A stretch of 56,204 nucleotides of DNA. Source: a virus (lineage: Duplodnaviria > Caudoviricetes). Position numbers and translations under genes: made by a program. The stretch is from the IMG/VR virus record IMGVR_UViG_3300049098_000061, positions 1 to 56,204 of that record. One strand, written 5' to 3'. Below are positions 47,501-54,836 of this stretch, one piece after another. Below the pieces are notes generated by a model. The model worked only from the letters and a program-made list of their open reading frames with translations, was not told where the DNA came from and made no database searches. Position 1 is the first letter of the stretch. Each line of letters opens with the position of its first letter.

Positions 47501-48573
47501 TGTGCCATCTTCTCTGCTGCTCCCGCTGCTGCCTCGTTCGCTACTATCATATCGTCGAGAGCGTCTATCTGAGAAGTAATAGCGAGTACACCTGACGAGG
47601 CATATCGACCGAAGATCTCTTGTGCATCTGCTGCGTTTAATCCTGCATCGGCTAGTTGATGAAATGCATCTACTAGATCTAGACTTCCATCTGTGTCTAG
47701 CTGGATATTTACTCCTAATCTATCTAACGCTGCTGCTGCCTCGCCTGTTGGTTTGGTCAAGGCAAAGATAGTTCCTCGCAATGCAGTACCCGCCCTACTT
47801 CCTTGAATACCTGCGTTTCCGAGGACACCTACTACCGAAGCAAGATCCTGTAAGCCTACTCCCGCTGCTGCTGCGATTGGGCCTGCATAGGAGAGAGCAT
47901 CGGCCATGTCAGTAAGTTCTGCATTTGACTCGGCTGCTGTCTTGGCAAGTACATCTACTACTACTTGGAGTTCTGAAACGGGGAGTCGCATACCGGAGAG
48001 TACATTAGTTGCGATGTTTGCAGCTTGTCCGAGGTCTACCGCTGCTGCTACGGCTAATTGGAGAGACGGGCCAATACCGGCGATTACTTCTCCAGCATCA
48101 AAACCGGCTTGACCAAGATACTGCATACCTACTGCTGCTTCTTGAGCAGTGAAACGAGTAGTTCTACCTAACTCGCTAGCGGTGGCTTTTAGAGCCTCTA
48201 TAGACTCCTCGGCCCCACCTGTTACTGCGATTACTCCGCTTAAGGCTTGTTCAAAATCTGCTGCACTCTTGATAGGAAAGAACGCTGCTGCCGAGAGACT
48301 CGCTGCTATGCCTAGTAGGGCTGCTCCTGCTTTTCCGAAGCCTTTGGTAGCCTCCTCTGCTTTCTTAGCTGCGTCAGTATAACTCCTGACTTCTTTCTCA
48401 AGTGCAGTTAACTCTTTAGCACTCTTTTGATTAGCCTGTGCTGACTTCTTTCCGAACTCTACTGCGCCTCGGGTTAACTCGTTTAGCTGGCTTTGTAATT
48501 TTACTACCTCTTTGGAGGCGCTGTTTGTAGCTCGTATAAGTAGCTCCAGGTTGACTGTCGCTCCTGTTGCCAT
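44500..48573 (-). CDS. Tail tape measure protein (TP901 family)
   Basis: 1357 aa, Ala-rich helical; T.FTA.EAA.G...L.QAG and GIQGSRAGTALR motifs. Confidence 0.95.
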   Translation of the reverse strand: MATGATVNLELLIRATNSASKEVVKLQSQLNELTRGAVEFGKKSAQANQKSAKELTALEKEVRSYTDAAKKAEEATKGFGKAGAALLGIAASLSAAAFFPIKSAADFEQALSGVIAVTGGAEESIEALKATASELGRTTRFTAQEAAVGMQYLGQAGFDAGEVIAGIGPSLQLAVAAAVDLGQAANIATNVLSGMRLPVSELQVVVDVLAKTAAESNAELTDMADALSYAGPIAAAAGVGLQDLASVVGVLGNAGIQGSRAGTALRGTIFALTKPTGEAAAALDRLGVNIQLDTDGSLDLVDAFHQLADAGLNAADAQEIFGRYASSGVLAITSQIDALDDMIVANEAAAGAAEKMAQTMKDNLKGAFVELLSALDGLKRAFGDPLLKPLRAVIELVTGFLGVITSIAEEMPVLTKVIGVLAGVVAILAAGFGALALAVASFNATLGALASTNVVTTLLQMKAAMLGYASATKVALTTTITFEGVLKGLKSIMLLVQRGLKTLWTTMLANPITALLVLVGGLILYFAELSEKQKRLAEEAKLAAVEFDALRSSYSKQISSLKEMEEGSKKAIATGKNMREQLLKTAESNKELSVEARRAANSIDEFTGKVKDGGVALEAFVQRSKELAEVNLKKQVEAANLQLDRHIGKVKDATYWWNETNKSLKATWGLITGGISGWKRVTAEQVAETKKMRDEIELTNRSVVEMIDSWGEFDVGMSQQEVIEYFRIVRGYSKEHAESIAATHAAMQEEGKITRDITRSVQEMSLEGLRTDISETTVELAKMADEYEDLKQKSAEAAEAISAVPENLRDRATAETEAFKKANEERIKAKQDLLAKETEINSALSVLQKQLAEETAKNYKAEIDELERNKELGLLAEWEYNQKIAKIDKDNAEAKLKNAQELQKALVEIQESTTQKLAVSGDIGNRLRKSQDEVTKYTKAAADERLKHQIQVNEYIAESEEDAAGIRIDLMEEGTEKFIAERDAELDALRESAEDMGVEWDKMYGIRNAIVAKYDKEIEDWNKEQEEKRKKEADKRAKEEEKRAEALAKAKIDADKAITEVQKGAADEDDYETRNQLELQALRDKHAEQLEIISKFYDDEALLKQIRDQQEIELEQKKQDQLEAIRAMQWEHGKEAAADAVEATKWMFGEQSKEAKAAFALQKAMAIKDTIMTTYKSAQSVFDSLSKIPYVGYALGAAAAAATVAAGLARVAKIRAQTLAEGGEVKGKSPHPKADNVPIWATAKEFVQPVSAVSYYGRDIMEALRKKMIPRELFSGLPVPKYAYASSPSRRGYATGGQVSGMGGGVSNAPAQQKQEIKIMNYVDQREMLSALGSPEGESAVINVISSNRDKVQRVLR

Positions 48574-48745
48574 GAGTGCTACTCCTATCTAGTGATTCCG
48601 TTTGTCTATCAAACCTCCTCGATATGAGATCCACAAATAGGAAGACTTGCGGAATACTATACTTTTTAATATCAGAAAAGATATGCCCTTCACTTATTAA
48701 AAACTCGACACTCTCAGCTATTATCCTTGAGAAGCTGTGTTTTTC
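48431..48745 (-). CDS. Tail assembly chaperone C-terminal extension (gpT-like, probably via -1 frameshift)
   Basis: -1 frame ORF overlapping the chaperone end (FLISEGH.FSDIKKYS..QV..F), directly before tape measure; candidate slip site G AAA AAC at 48739-48745. Confidence 0.55.
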   Translation of the reverse strand, partial: EKHSFSRIIAESVEFLISEGHIFSDIKKYSIPQVFLFVDLISRRFDRQTESLDRSSTHGNRSDSQPGATYTSYKQRLQRGSKITKPAKRVNPRRSRVRKEVSTG

Positions 48746-49122
48746 ACTGCCTCGATCAGATCGCCTTTTCCGCTTACGACTAGGACTTTTTGAACGAGGC
48801 TCATCCACTTTCCCACAACTCCCTCCGTAATATTCTGCTCGACTACTATCTCTAAAATATCAGGAACATCAACGGAAGGCACTTTACTCGCAGGAAGATC
48901 AATGCAGTAAGGAACTATTTTTAGTACTTCTCCAAGGGCTTTTGCTGCTATCTCGGAAGGGCCAATTGTTCCTCCCTCGGCATGCTTCATTAGTATACCA
49001 AAGGAGTCGGCAACTTTTGGAAGGTTTTCCAGCGAGAGAGGAGTAACCGTGACTTTTGTTTCGCCATCGGAAAGTACTACCTCCCGCGCTGGAAATAGTG
49101 TCTTTATTTCTTGGTTATTCAT
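48721..49122 (-). CDS. Tail assembly chaperone (gpG-like)
   Basis: Between tail tube and tape measure; GGAGG RBS. Confidence 0.7.
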   Translation of the reverse strand: MNNQEIKTLFPAREVVLSDGETKVTVTPLSLENLPKVADSFGILMKHAEGGTIGPSEIAAKALGEVLKIVPYCIDLPASKVPSVDVPDILEIVVEQNITEGVVGKWMSLVQKVLVVSGKGDLIEAVKNTASQG

Positions 49123-49181
49123 AGATCCTCCGATATGAGTGTTCTAGCGTTTATGTACTAGCACTCAGTTATTGGTAGGAA

Positions 49182-49721
49182 TTAAACAGTTGTGGTAGTC
49201 GTAGTTGCAAACGTCACAGTGAAGTACGGCGAGGTCGGGTTGTTCGACGTATCTGCTAGACCCTCACCACTAAACGTCATGAGACTCCACTCGTCTGAAA
49301 TCAAGTTCAATGCACCACCGGGAGACAATGTGACTCGATGGAACTCCCATGTCTCATTTGGCCCCGCTGGATTGTCGCTCACAAACTGGACTGCATACTC
49401 CTTATCTAACTCGGTGTTTGCGGAGATAACATTCCCACTCACACTACCGAGCAAGAACATCGCCAAGTTACTCACCGCAAACTCGTCGAGGTCAAAGTTC
49501 AGAGTATACCCTGTCTCCAAGACCACGGACTTGTCTTTGACTCGCGTGCCGGAACGTGAGGAATAGTGATCTAGCTTCTCCTCAGTTACTTCAACCTCGA
49601 AGCGAGGAGAGTTCCCCACATCATCGAGACTGCCTGGAGGAGTAGTTCCAGACCACGCTGCAATGGATACTATCCCACGTCCTAGCGTGTATAATGTTGT
49701 ACTATGAGGACTCGCTGACAT
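49182..49721 (-). CDS. Major tail (tube) protein with C-terminal T6-V tail
   Basis: LGRG, VGN...FE, HYSSR.G....D, NLA.FL.G motifs; position; ends FATTTTTTV. Confidence 0.82.
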   Translation of the reverse strand: MSASPHSTTLYTLGRGIVSIAAWSGTTPPGSLDDVGNSPRFEVEVTEEKLDHYSSRSGTRVKDKSVVLETGYTLNFDLDEFAVSNLAMFLLGSVSGNVISANTELDKEYAVQFVSDNPAGPNETWEFHRVTLSPGGALNLISDEWSLMTFSGEGLADTSNNPTSPYFTVTFATTTTTTV

Positions 49722-49735
49722 ATTTAGTTTCCTCC

Positions 49736-50194
49736 TTATAGATTGTTAAAATCTTCTGTAAATTGAATTGATAAAACTTCTCCGATACCTACTACATTAT
49801 GCATAGGACGGTATACTCGGGACACTTCCTCCTCTACTATTATGGAGGCTAGTCCTCCTAGAGTTTGACCGTCTGCAAAGATAGCGAGTCGGGCTGCTTT
49901 CAAAAACGTTGTAATGTCTCGACTACACTCTCCTTTGCTGGCTGAATTGTACCAATGCTCTAGAACTACTCTAAAGAACTTTTTGTATACTGGTTTCTCC
50001 TTTGCTCCTCTCCGCATAGTCTCATCTACGGTAGACGAGGAAAACTCAAATATATTAGTCAAAGGCATTAAATCAGGACTAGGTTCTCCCTCTGGATTGC
50101 GAAAGATATATCGAATATCAAAATCATACCCGTTTGCTATCTTTATCAGATTAAGTCTAGACTGGATCTCGACTACTATATTATCCCTTTGCAA
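49736..50194 (-). CDS. Tail terminator-like protein
   Basis: R..I...I...L..I..ANGY N-terminus and D.TLGGLA; directly before tail tube. Confidence 0.7.
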   Translation of the reverse strand: MQRDNIVVEIQSRLNLIKIANGYDFDIRYIFRNPEGEPSPDLMPLTNIFEFSSSTVDETMRRGAKEKPVYKKFFRVVLEHWYNSASKGECSRDITTFLKAARLAIFADGQTLGGLASIIVEEEVSRVYRPMHNVVGIGEVLSIQFTEDFNNL

Positions 50195-50612
50195 TGGATC
50201 TCCCTTGTACTAAAAGTTCAAATAACTCGACAGCTATTTTATCTGCGATCTCGTCAACTTTAGCTTTGGTAGTAATACCTTCCGGTGCCTGACTAGAGTA
50301 TACTCGCCCTTCATTGTAGACTGTCCGATGTCTTGCACTAGGCCACGGACGTTTTCCAATTTCGCTTCCATACTCCAATGCTGCTGATTGAGGAGCAGGA
50401 TTACCAAACGAGTATCCTCCAGCATCTTTCCTTACCGGAGTCCATTGTTTCTTTGTTCGCTTCCTTCCCTTCAAGGATCTATCACCAACCGGAGTAGCAT
50501 CAATTACTGCCTGTCTTACTCGACTGGCCACACTCCTCGTTAGCTTACTGACTTGACCCTCTGTTAGATCAGGAATTTTGTCTCTAGATATATCGATGGT
50601 CAGATTAAGCAT
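50181..50612 (-). CDS. HK97 gp10-like tail completion protein
   Basis: TPV, W, N......LEYG, SQAP.G motifs. Confidence 0.75.
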   Translation of the reverse strand: MLNLTIDISRDKIPDLTEGQVSKLTRSVASRVRQAVIDATPVGDRSLKGRKRTKKQWTPVRKDAGGYSFGNPAPQSAALEYGSEIGKRPWPSARHRTVYNEGRVYSSQAPEGITTKAKVDEIADKIAVELFELLVQGRSIAKG

Positions 50613-51012
50613 ACCCTGAGACTTCCACCTTTACTATAAGATTAAATACAGGAAATATTTTCTTCACCGAGTAAGTATAACCCGTATCATTATCAACAAT
50701 TAAGTCTCTGATACTTACTCCCTCGGGTACGTGTTGATCTCTAAATAAGAATATTACATCGCCACTAGCTATACCCCAAGATCCTGATGTCTGACCCGTC
50801 TGCCAAAGACTCCTACTCGACACTTCTTTCTCTACCTTGATAGCTGTGATGTTTGTAAAGTCAGTGTAAGTATCTACATTGACTCCAGCATCCTCGTCGA
50901 AGTCAGAGTCAGAGAATTTTCTCCAAGTTACTATAGTAGTCAGATCCTCGTCCTCGTATAACTGAGGGAGTATGCTATCCACTGCTGATTGTATCTGAGC
51001 AAAGATTCCCAT
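50605..51012 (-). CDS. Head closure/stopper-like protein
   Basis: 135 aa; position after adaptor; FD...G, GD..F, D.I pattern. Confidence 0.6.
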   Translation of the reverse strand: MGIFAQIQSAVDSILPQLYEDEDLTTIVTWRKFSDSDFDEDAGVNVDTYTDFTNITAIKVEKEVSSRSLWQTGQTSGSWGIASGDVIFLFRDQHVPEGVSIRDLIVDNDTGYTYSVKKIFPVFNLIVKVEVSGYA

Positions 51013-51575
51013 TAAACGACTCCGCCACTTATTCGCTTATACCATCTGCCTAAGTAGGCATAGATAATATCAAGAGACGAGATAGAGCCTTTGGACATAC
51101 TACTAGTCATCCCTGGCCCAAAGAACTCCAGTGCTAGTGACCCACCTAACTCGAACGCCTTAATCTCTTTCTCCGGAAACGCTAGAGGATCGAGACTTAA
51201 CATATGATTAACCACTTGATAGGCAATCTCCATTTGGGTATACTCGACTTCGGCAGGAACAGTAGGAGCGTTATCCTCTATGTCAGAGTAGTCGAGTATG
51301 TATTCTTCATCATCCATAATGAAGTCATACTCGTCATCCGTTCTCCACCATCTCGGAAACTCCAAGCGTTGATTGAAGCTCGCCTTGACTCCTCGAAACG
51401 GAAAAGTATTCATAAGCAAGGCAGCTAACTTCAACCTATGCTCCTTTAAGGACTCGTCCAAATCTAGGAAGGTGGACGCACCGTCTCCATAGATAGCCTC
51501 AACATACTCGTTGAGATTTACTACGGTGACGTAGCTTTCGCTACTGCTCCCGCCTACAGTCGTATCTAATGCCAT
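51012..51575 (-). CDS. Head-tail adaptor (DnaT-like family)
   Basis: SYVTV, F.G.K....Q.LEFPR, VP.EV...Q.E.A. Start set at ATG 51575 (MALDTT) rather than 51644, which overlaps the capsid gene. Confidence 0.78.
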   Translation of the reverse strand: MALDTTVGGSSSESYVTVVNLNEYVEAIYGDGASTFLDLDESLKEHRLKLAALLMNTFPFRGVKASFNQRLEFPRWWRTDDEYDFIMDDEEYILDYSDIEDNAPTVPAEVEYTQMEIAYQVVNHMLSLDPLAFPEKEIKAFELGGSLALEFFGPGMTSSMSKGSISSLDIIYAYLGRWYKRISGGVV

Positions 51576-51603
51576 GATGATTATTCCTATCTCACTACTA
51601 TAA

Positions 51604-52557
51604 TTAAACAGTAGTAGTGGTCGTGGTAGACGGCAGACCGGCATCGGTGAAGTTCTCGACTACTACACAAGCCTGTGGCTCTTCGATCTTCACATCGCAA
51701 CGCATGGTGAGTACGATGATCAGTACTCGCCTACGGATGTCTTTGTCCGTCTCAATCATGATGTCTCGCTGGATACCCCAAACGATATTTTTGGGATAGG
51801 AGAGAAAGGTTTTGTTGTCGGGCATCATGGCTGTCGGCTGTACGGGAGTACCATAAGCAAACATCGGTGTAAACTTGGAGATCTTCTCGTCGCCAAGCGA
51901 GGTAGCTCGGTCGGCAATAGAGTCTCTATACTCCATCTCCACATGATGCGAGACATAGTGTTTCATCATTGCACGATTGCGGAGATACCTCGTGGGCATT
52001 CTCTGAATCGCTTCTTTGAAAAGTCCTTTGTCAATGTCGGTGATCCCACTACCGTCGATGGTGTGCCCGGTAGGAGTGAGGGCAATCATACCATCACACA
52101 GGGCGAGGTAGGAGTCTGAACTTCCGGTATCGCCAAGCACGATTAACTCCTCAAGGTCGAGGGCTGCTCGCTCTGCAATCATACTCATGATGGTTTGCTC
52201 AAGCCCGCCTCTCTCGATGTTGTCTTCCAATACATCGTAGGGGAGCCAAACTTCTGCAATGATCTCCTCGGTTTCAAGTTCGATCAGACCGAGATCCGGT
52301 GCAGCTCTCTTACTCGCATCTAGCGCGGTTCCACTCGCCGGAGCTGCTCTCAGGATTCTACTTCCGAACCCTAACTTCTCGATCTTCCGTTTCGGTGCGC
52401 TCATCCGCACGACTCGACACTCGTTGATGATGGTTGGCTGATCGATAATTAACCTGATAAAAGCATTGGCTTGCTCGGAGTTGAGGTAGCCTCCACTGGC
52501 GATTAGGTTACTTACCGCAATATCAGCCTTTTCGACTATATACCGATTGTCTTTCAT
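51604..52557 (-). CDS. Major capsid protein (HK97 fold, XkdG-like) with C-terminal S-T6-V tail
   Basis: GGYLN.EQA..FI, LEDNIE, DLEEL...GDT, P.N...GI.R.I, R.D...EE..A; ends GLPSTTTTTTV. Confidence 0.92.
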   Translation of the reverse strand: MKDNRYIVEKADIAVSNLIASGGYLNSEQANAFIRLIIDQPTIINECRVVRMSAPKRKIEKLGFGSRILRAAPASGTALDASKRAAPDLGLIELETEEIIAEVWLPYDVLEDNIERGGLEQTIMSMIAERAALDLEELIVLGDTGSSDSYLALCDGMIALTPTGHTIDGSGITDIDKGLFKEAIQRMPTRYLRNRAMMKHYVSHHVEMEYRDSIADRATSLGDEKISKFTPMFAYGTPVQPTAMMPDNKTFLSYPKNIVWGIQRDIMIETDKDIRRRVLIIVLTMRCDVKIEEPQACVVVENFTDAGLPSTTTTTTV

Positions 52558-52617
52558 GTTACTAGTCCTCCTTATACATATTGTAGGTTAGATTTGGTTA
52601 CTCGATTGGTTTACGGA

Positions 52618-53691
52618 TTAACGAAAGTCTGACATGCCTTTGAAGAAAGCACCTTTGAACAGTCTGTCCGATTGACTCGGCATCTGTCTTCCAGTATCGT
52701 CTGGCTCCTCCTCCTTCTCGGTCTTTGTTGTGACCGTGGTGTTTTGGATTTCTTCCAATTTACCGGCTACCGTCTCCAAAGTCTCTGTGACTTTCTTGTT
52801 ACTCGTGGAGACTTCCTTTGTCGTCTCGCCGATGGCTCCGATCAGTTTGTCACCGAAGGCGTTAAGCGCTTCGTTGAACGAGGAGACTACTGTGGTAAGG
52901 TCAGGAGTCTCCTCGCCCTCCCCGGCCCCGGTCGCTGCTGCGGCGTCGGCTTCTTCTTTGGCTTTTGCTTCTGCTTCGGCCTGTTTCCTTGCCTCGTCGT
53001 CTTCGGTTAAATCATCGACTTCGGCGGTCTGGATAGTATGGAGTATGTCAACTACTAGATCTGGATGATCCTCGGCGTTGACTCCTTTCTCTATGGCTTT
53101 CTCGGAAAGGTTCTCCAGTACTACCTCTGCAAAGGCACGGAAATTGTCGATGGTAGTTAAAATGGTTGTTTTGCGAAAATCCGCATCCGCATTCTCCTGC
53201 CTCATCGCTCCGCCTACTACATCGGCCATTGCGTAGAGTTCCGAGTAGAGATTATCCATCGTAGCATAATCCACTGCTTCTTTGACATCCACTTGCAGTG
53301 TGCCATGCTCGCCGGTGCCTTCTGCCAAGTCTCCGAGTACGAAAAAGATTCCGTCTACTTCCTCGTGCTTCTGCACTATGAGAGTATCCTCGTTTACTTT
53401 GGCAATCGGAACCTGTGGATAAGCAGTGAAGGTATTAAACTTCTGCTCGTCCCTTTTATCGATTCCCTCTAATGCTTTGGCAATGTTCTCGTCGGAGAGA
53501 TCGTTTCTGACTAGAACACTTTGCACAACCTTGTTCATGTTGTCGTCCTCCTTTGTCTTGTCGGTTTTAATTACTTTAAACGGCGCTCTGTTTGCTCCAT
53601 ACTTCACCAAGGAGACGAACTCGACTTTTGGATCTACCATGAATACGACCTCGTCCTCGATAGTTGTAGTTACTTCTTTTACTTTGCTCAT
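52618..53691 (-). CDS. Scaffold-like protein with N-terminal protease-strand motif
   Basis: Between protease and capsid; acidic/Ala-rich helical C-half; N-terminal VEFVSLVKYGAN..PF..IK. Confidence 0.7.
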   Translation of the reverse strand: MSKVKEVTTTIEDEVVFMVDPKVEFVSLVKYGANRAPFKVIKTDKTKEDDNMNKVVQSVLVRNDLSDENIAKALEGIDKRDEQKFNTFTAYPQVPIAKVNEDTLIVQKHEEVDGIFFVLGDLAEGTGEHGTLQVDVKEAVDYATMDNLYSELYAMADVVGGAMRQENADADFRKTTILTTIDNFRAFAEVVLENLSEKAIEKGVNAEDHPDLVVDILHTIQTAEVDDLTEDDEARKQAEAEAKAKEEADAAAATGAGEGEETPDLTTVVSSFNEALNAFGDKLIGAIGETTKEVSTSNKKVTETLETVAGKLEEIQNTTVTTKTEKEEEPDDTGRQMPSQSDRLFKGAFFKGMSDFR

Positions 53692-53695
53692 GACT

Positions 53696-54319
53696 TTACT
53701 CCAATACTAGTCTGTGCCTATGGTCAATCTCTTCCTCTGTTGCAGTGCCATGCTTTATGGCATGCGAGTGCTCCAGTACTACATCTGTTTTACCGGAGAC
53801 TATATTTCCTTTATCGTCTAGATTTAATACAAAGGCGTGAGTGTGCGGAGGGAGGATTTCTTCTGTGTTCTTTTCGGTGACTCCTGCCATTTGCTTGGCT
53901 ACTTCGACGAGTACTTTGGCTGGAACTTTCTTACTCGTACCATAAAAAGAAAACCCGTTAAGCTCACCTGACTTAACGAGTTTCCAAATATCGTCTGGAC
54001 ATTTAACTCCCATTACCCACGAGCCTTCGACCCAAGGCTCCCATCCCTCTCTTGCAATGAATGACTCGACGACTTGGCATCCAGACTCCGCCAAGTCGTG
54101 TTGTATGTCGATCTTACTAGTCTTGCCTGTAGAGAGAAACTCCCACGCTGCTTTCTCTACATCCTCGGAACTCATAGTCTCATGGTCTGTGTCTACTCGA
54201 TTCGGAACGTAGACCTCGCCATAGACTACTTGATCTTCCGACTTTGTTGCTTTCTCAAAAAGTTTTAAATAAATGGAATAGTCAGGAGTTTCTCGGTGGG
54301 CTTTTACTAGCTCTAGCAT
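53696..54319 (-). CDS. Prohead maturation protease (XkdF/Peptidase S78_2-like)
   Basis: VVYGEVY.P...D, IDIQHD, VVESFIA, GSWV, W..VK.GELNGFS; His-rich C-terminus. Start set at ATG 54319 with GGAG RBS. Confidence 0.88.
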   Translation of the reverse strand: MLELVKAHRETPDYSIYLKLFEKATKSEDQVVYGEVYVPNRVDTDHETMSSEDVEKAAWEFLSTGKTSKIDIQHDLAESGCQVVESFIAREGWEPWVEGSWVMGVKCPDDIWKLVKSGELNGFSFYGTSKKVPAKVLVEVAKQMAGVTEKNTEEILPPHTHAFVLNLDDKGNIVSGKTDVVLEHSHAIKHGTATEEEIDHRHRLVLE

Positions 54320-54400
54320 AGGCACTCTCCTTGGTTCTATGGACACCAAATGAGATCATCCTACACCTTTTATATAAGAGAAGCAAGAGGGCGGGTATTG

Positions 54401-54631
54401 TTAACGTTTCGTGGAAGGTATGTAGACTCGTTGTTTGTTGAATATTACTTCAAGTTCCCTACGATAAACTCTTTTGTTAGGAGCTATCACTATCTCGCCC
54501 TTGCGGTTCATTTGCCATAGTTTAGTTCTGCTACAACCCATGATATTACAAGTTTCGGGGATACTATAGCTCCCTTTGTATGGAAGATCCACGCTCGGTA
54601 ATACTGTGTCTTTAAAGTAGTTCTCTGACAT
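54401..54631 (-). CDS. Small HTH DNA-binding protein (excisionase/AlpA-like)
   Basis: YSIPETCNIMGCSRTKLWQM...GEI; start at ATG 54631 with GAGGG RBS (ORF-track extension crosses promoters/terminator). Confidence 0.7.
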   Translation of the reverse strand: MSENYFKDTVLPSVDLPYKGSYSIPETCNIMGCSRTKLWQMNRKGEIVIAPNKRVYRRELEVIFNKQRVYIPSTKR

Positions 54632-54685
54632 AAAACCCTCACTAAACTTCTTCGCACTACAGTAAAATTTTTTATCTACTCGTAA

Positions 54686-54714
54686 AGAATAACACGGATA
54701 AAATAGGGAGTCAA
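54686..54714 (-). promoter_or_regulatory. Sigma70-type promoter P3 for HTH gene
   Basis: TTGACT-17 nt-TATTCT with TG extension. Confidence 0.65.
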
Positions 54715-54753
54715 TAGAAAAGGGGAGGTGCAATGGGCAGTCGCACCTCCCCT
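54715..54753 (-). terminator. Intrinsic terminator
   Basis: Perfect 11-bp stem AGGGGAGGTGC/GCACCTCCCCT followed by TTTCTATT on minus strand. Confidence 0.75.
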
Positions 54754-54769
54754 CTAGGGATGGGAATGG

Positions 54770-54799
54770 ATAGTATGGCAACACCACTAAGGGAGTCAA
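54770..54799 (-). promoter_or_regulatory. Sigma70-type promoter P2
   Basis: TTGACT-18 nt-TACTAT. Confidence 0.55.
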
Positions 54800-54804
54800 G
54801 TACT

Positions 54805-54833
54805 TATATACTATAGCTCGGCGGGCATGTCAA
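54805..54833 (-). promoter_or_regulatory. Sigma70-type promoter P1
   Basis: TTGACA-17 nt-TATATA, 3 nt after the helicase stop. Confidence 0.6.
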
Positions 54834-54836
54834 GGA

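Noticed and set aside
49137-49166. Imperfect hairpin after the tail tube gene
   Set aside because: Bulged stem without a U-tract; too weak to call a terminator.
51604-53691. Apparently higher GC in capsid/scaffold genes as a horizontal transfer signal
   Set aside because: Not quantified, and equally explained by codon bias of highly expressed genes; the capsid carries the same Thr tag as the rest of the genome.
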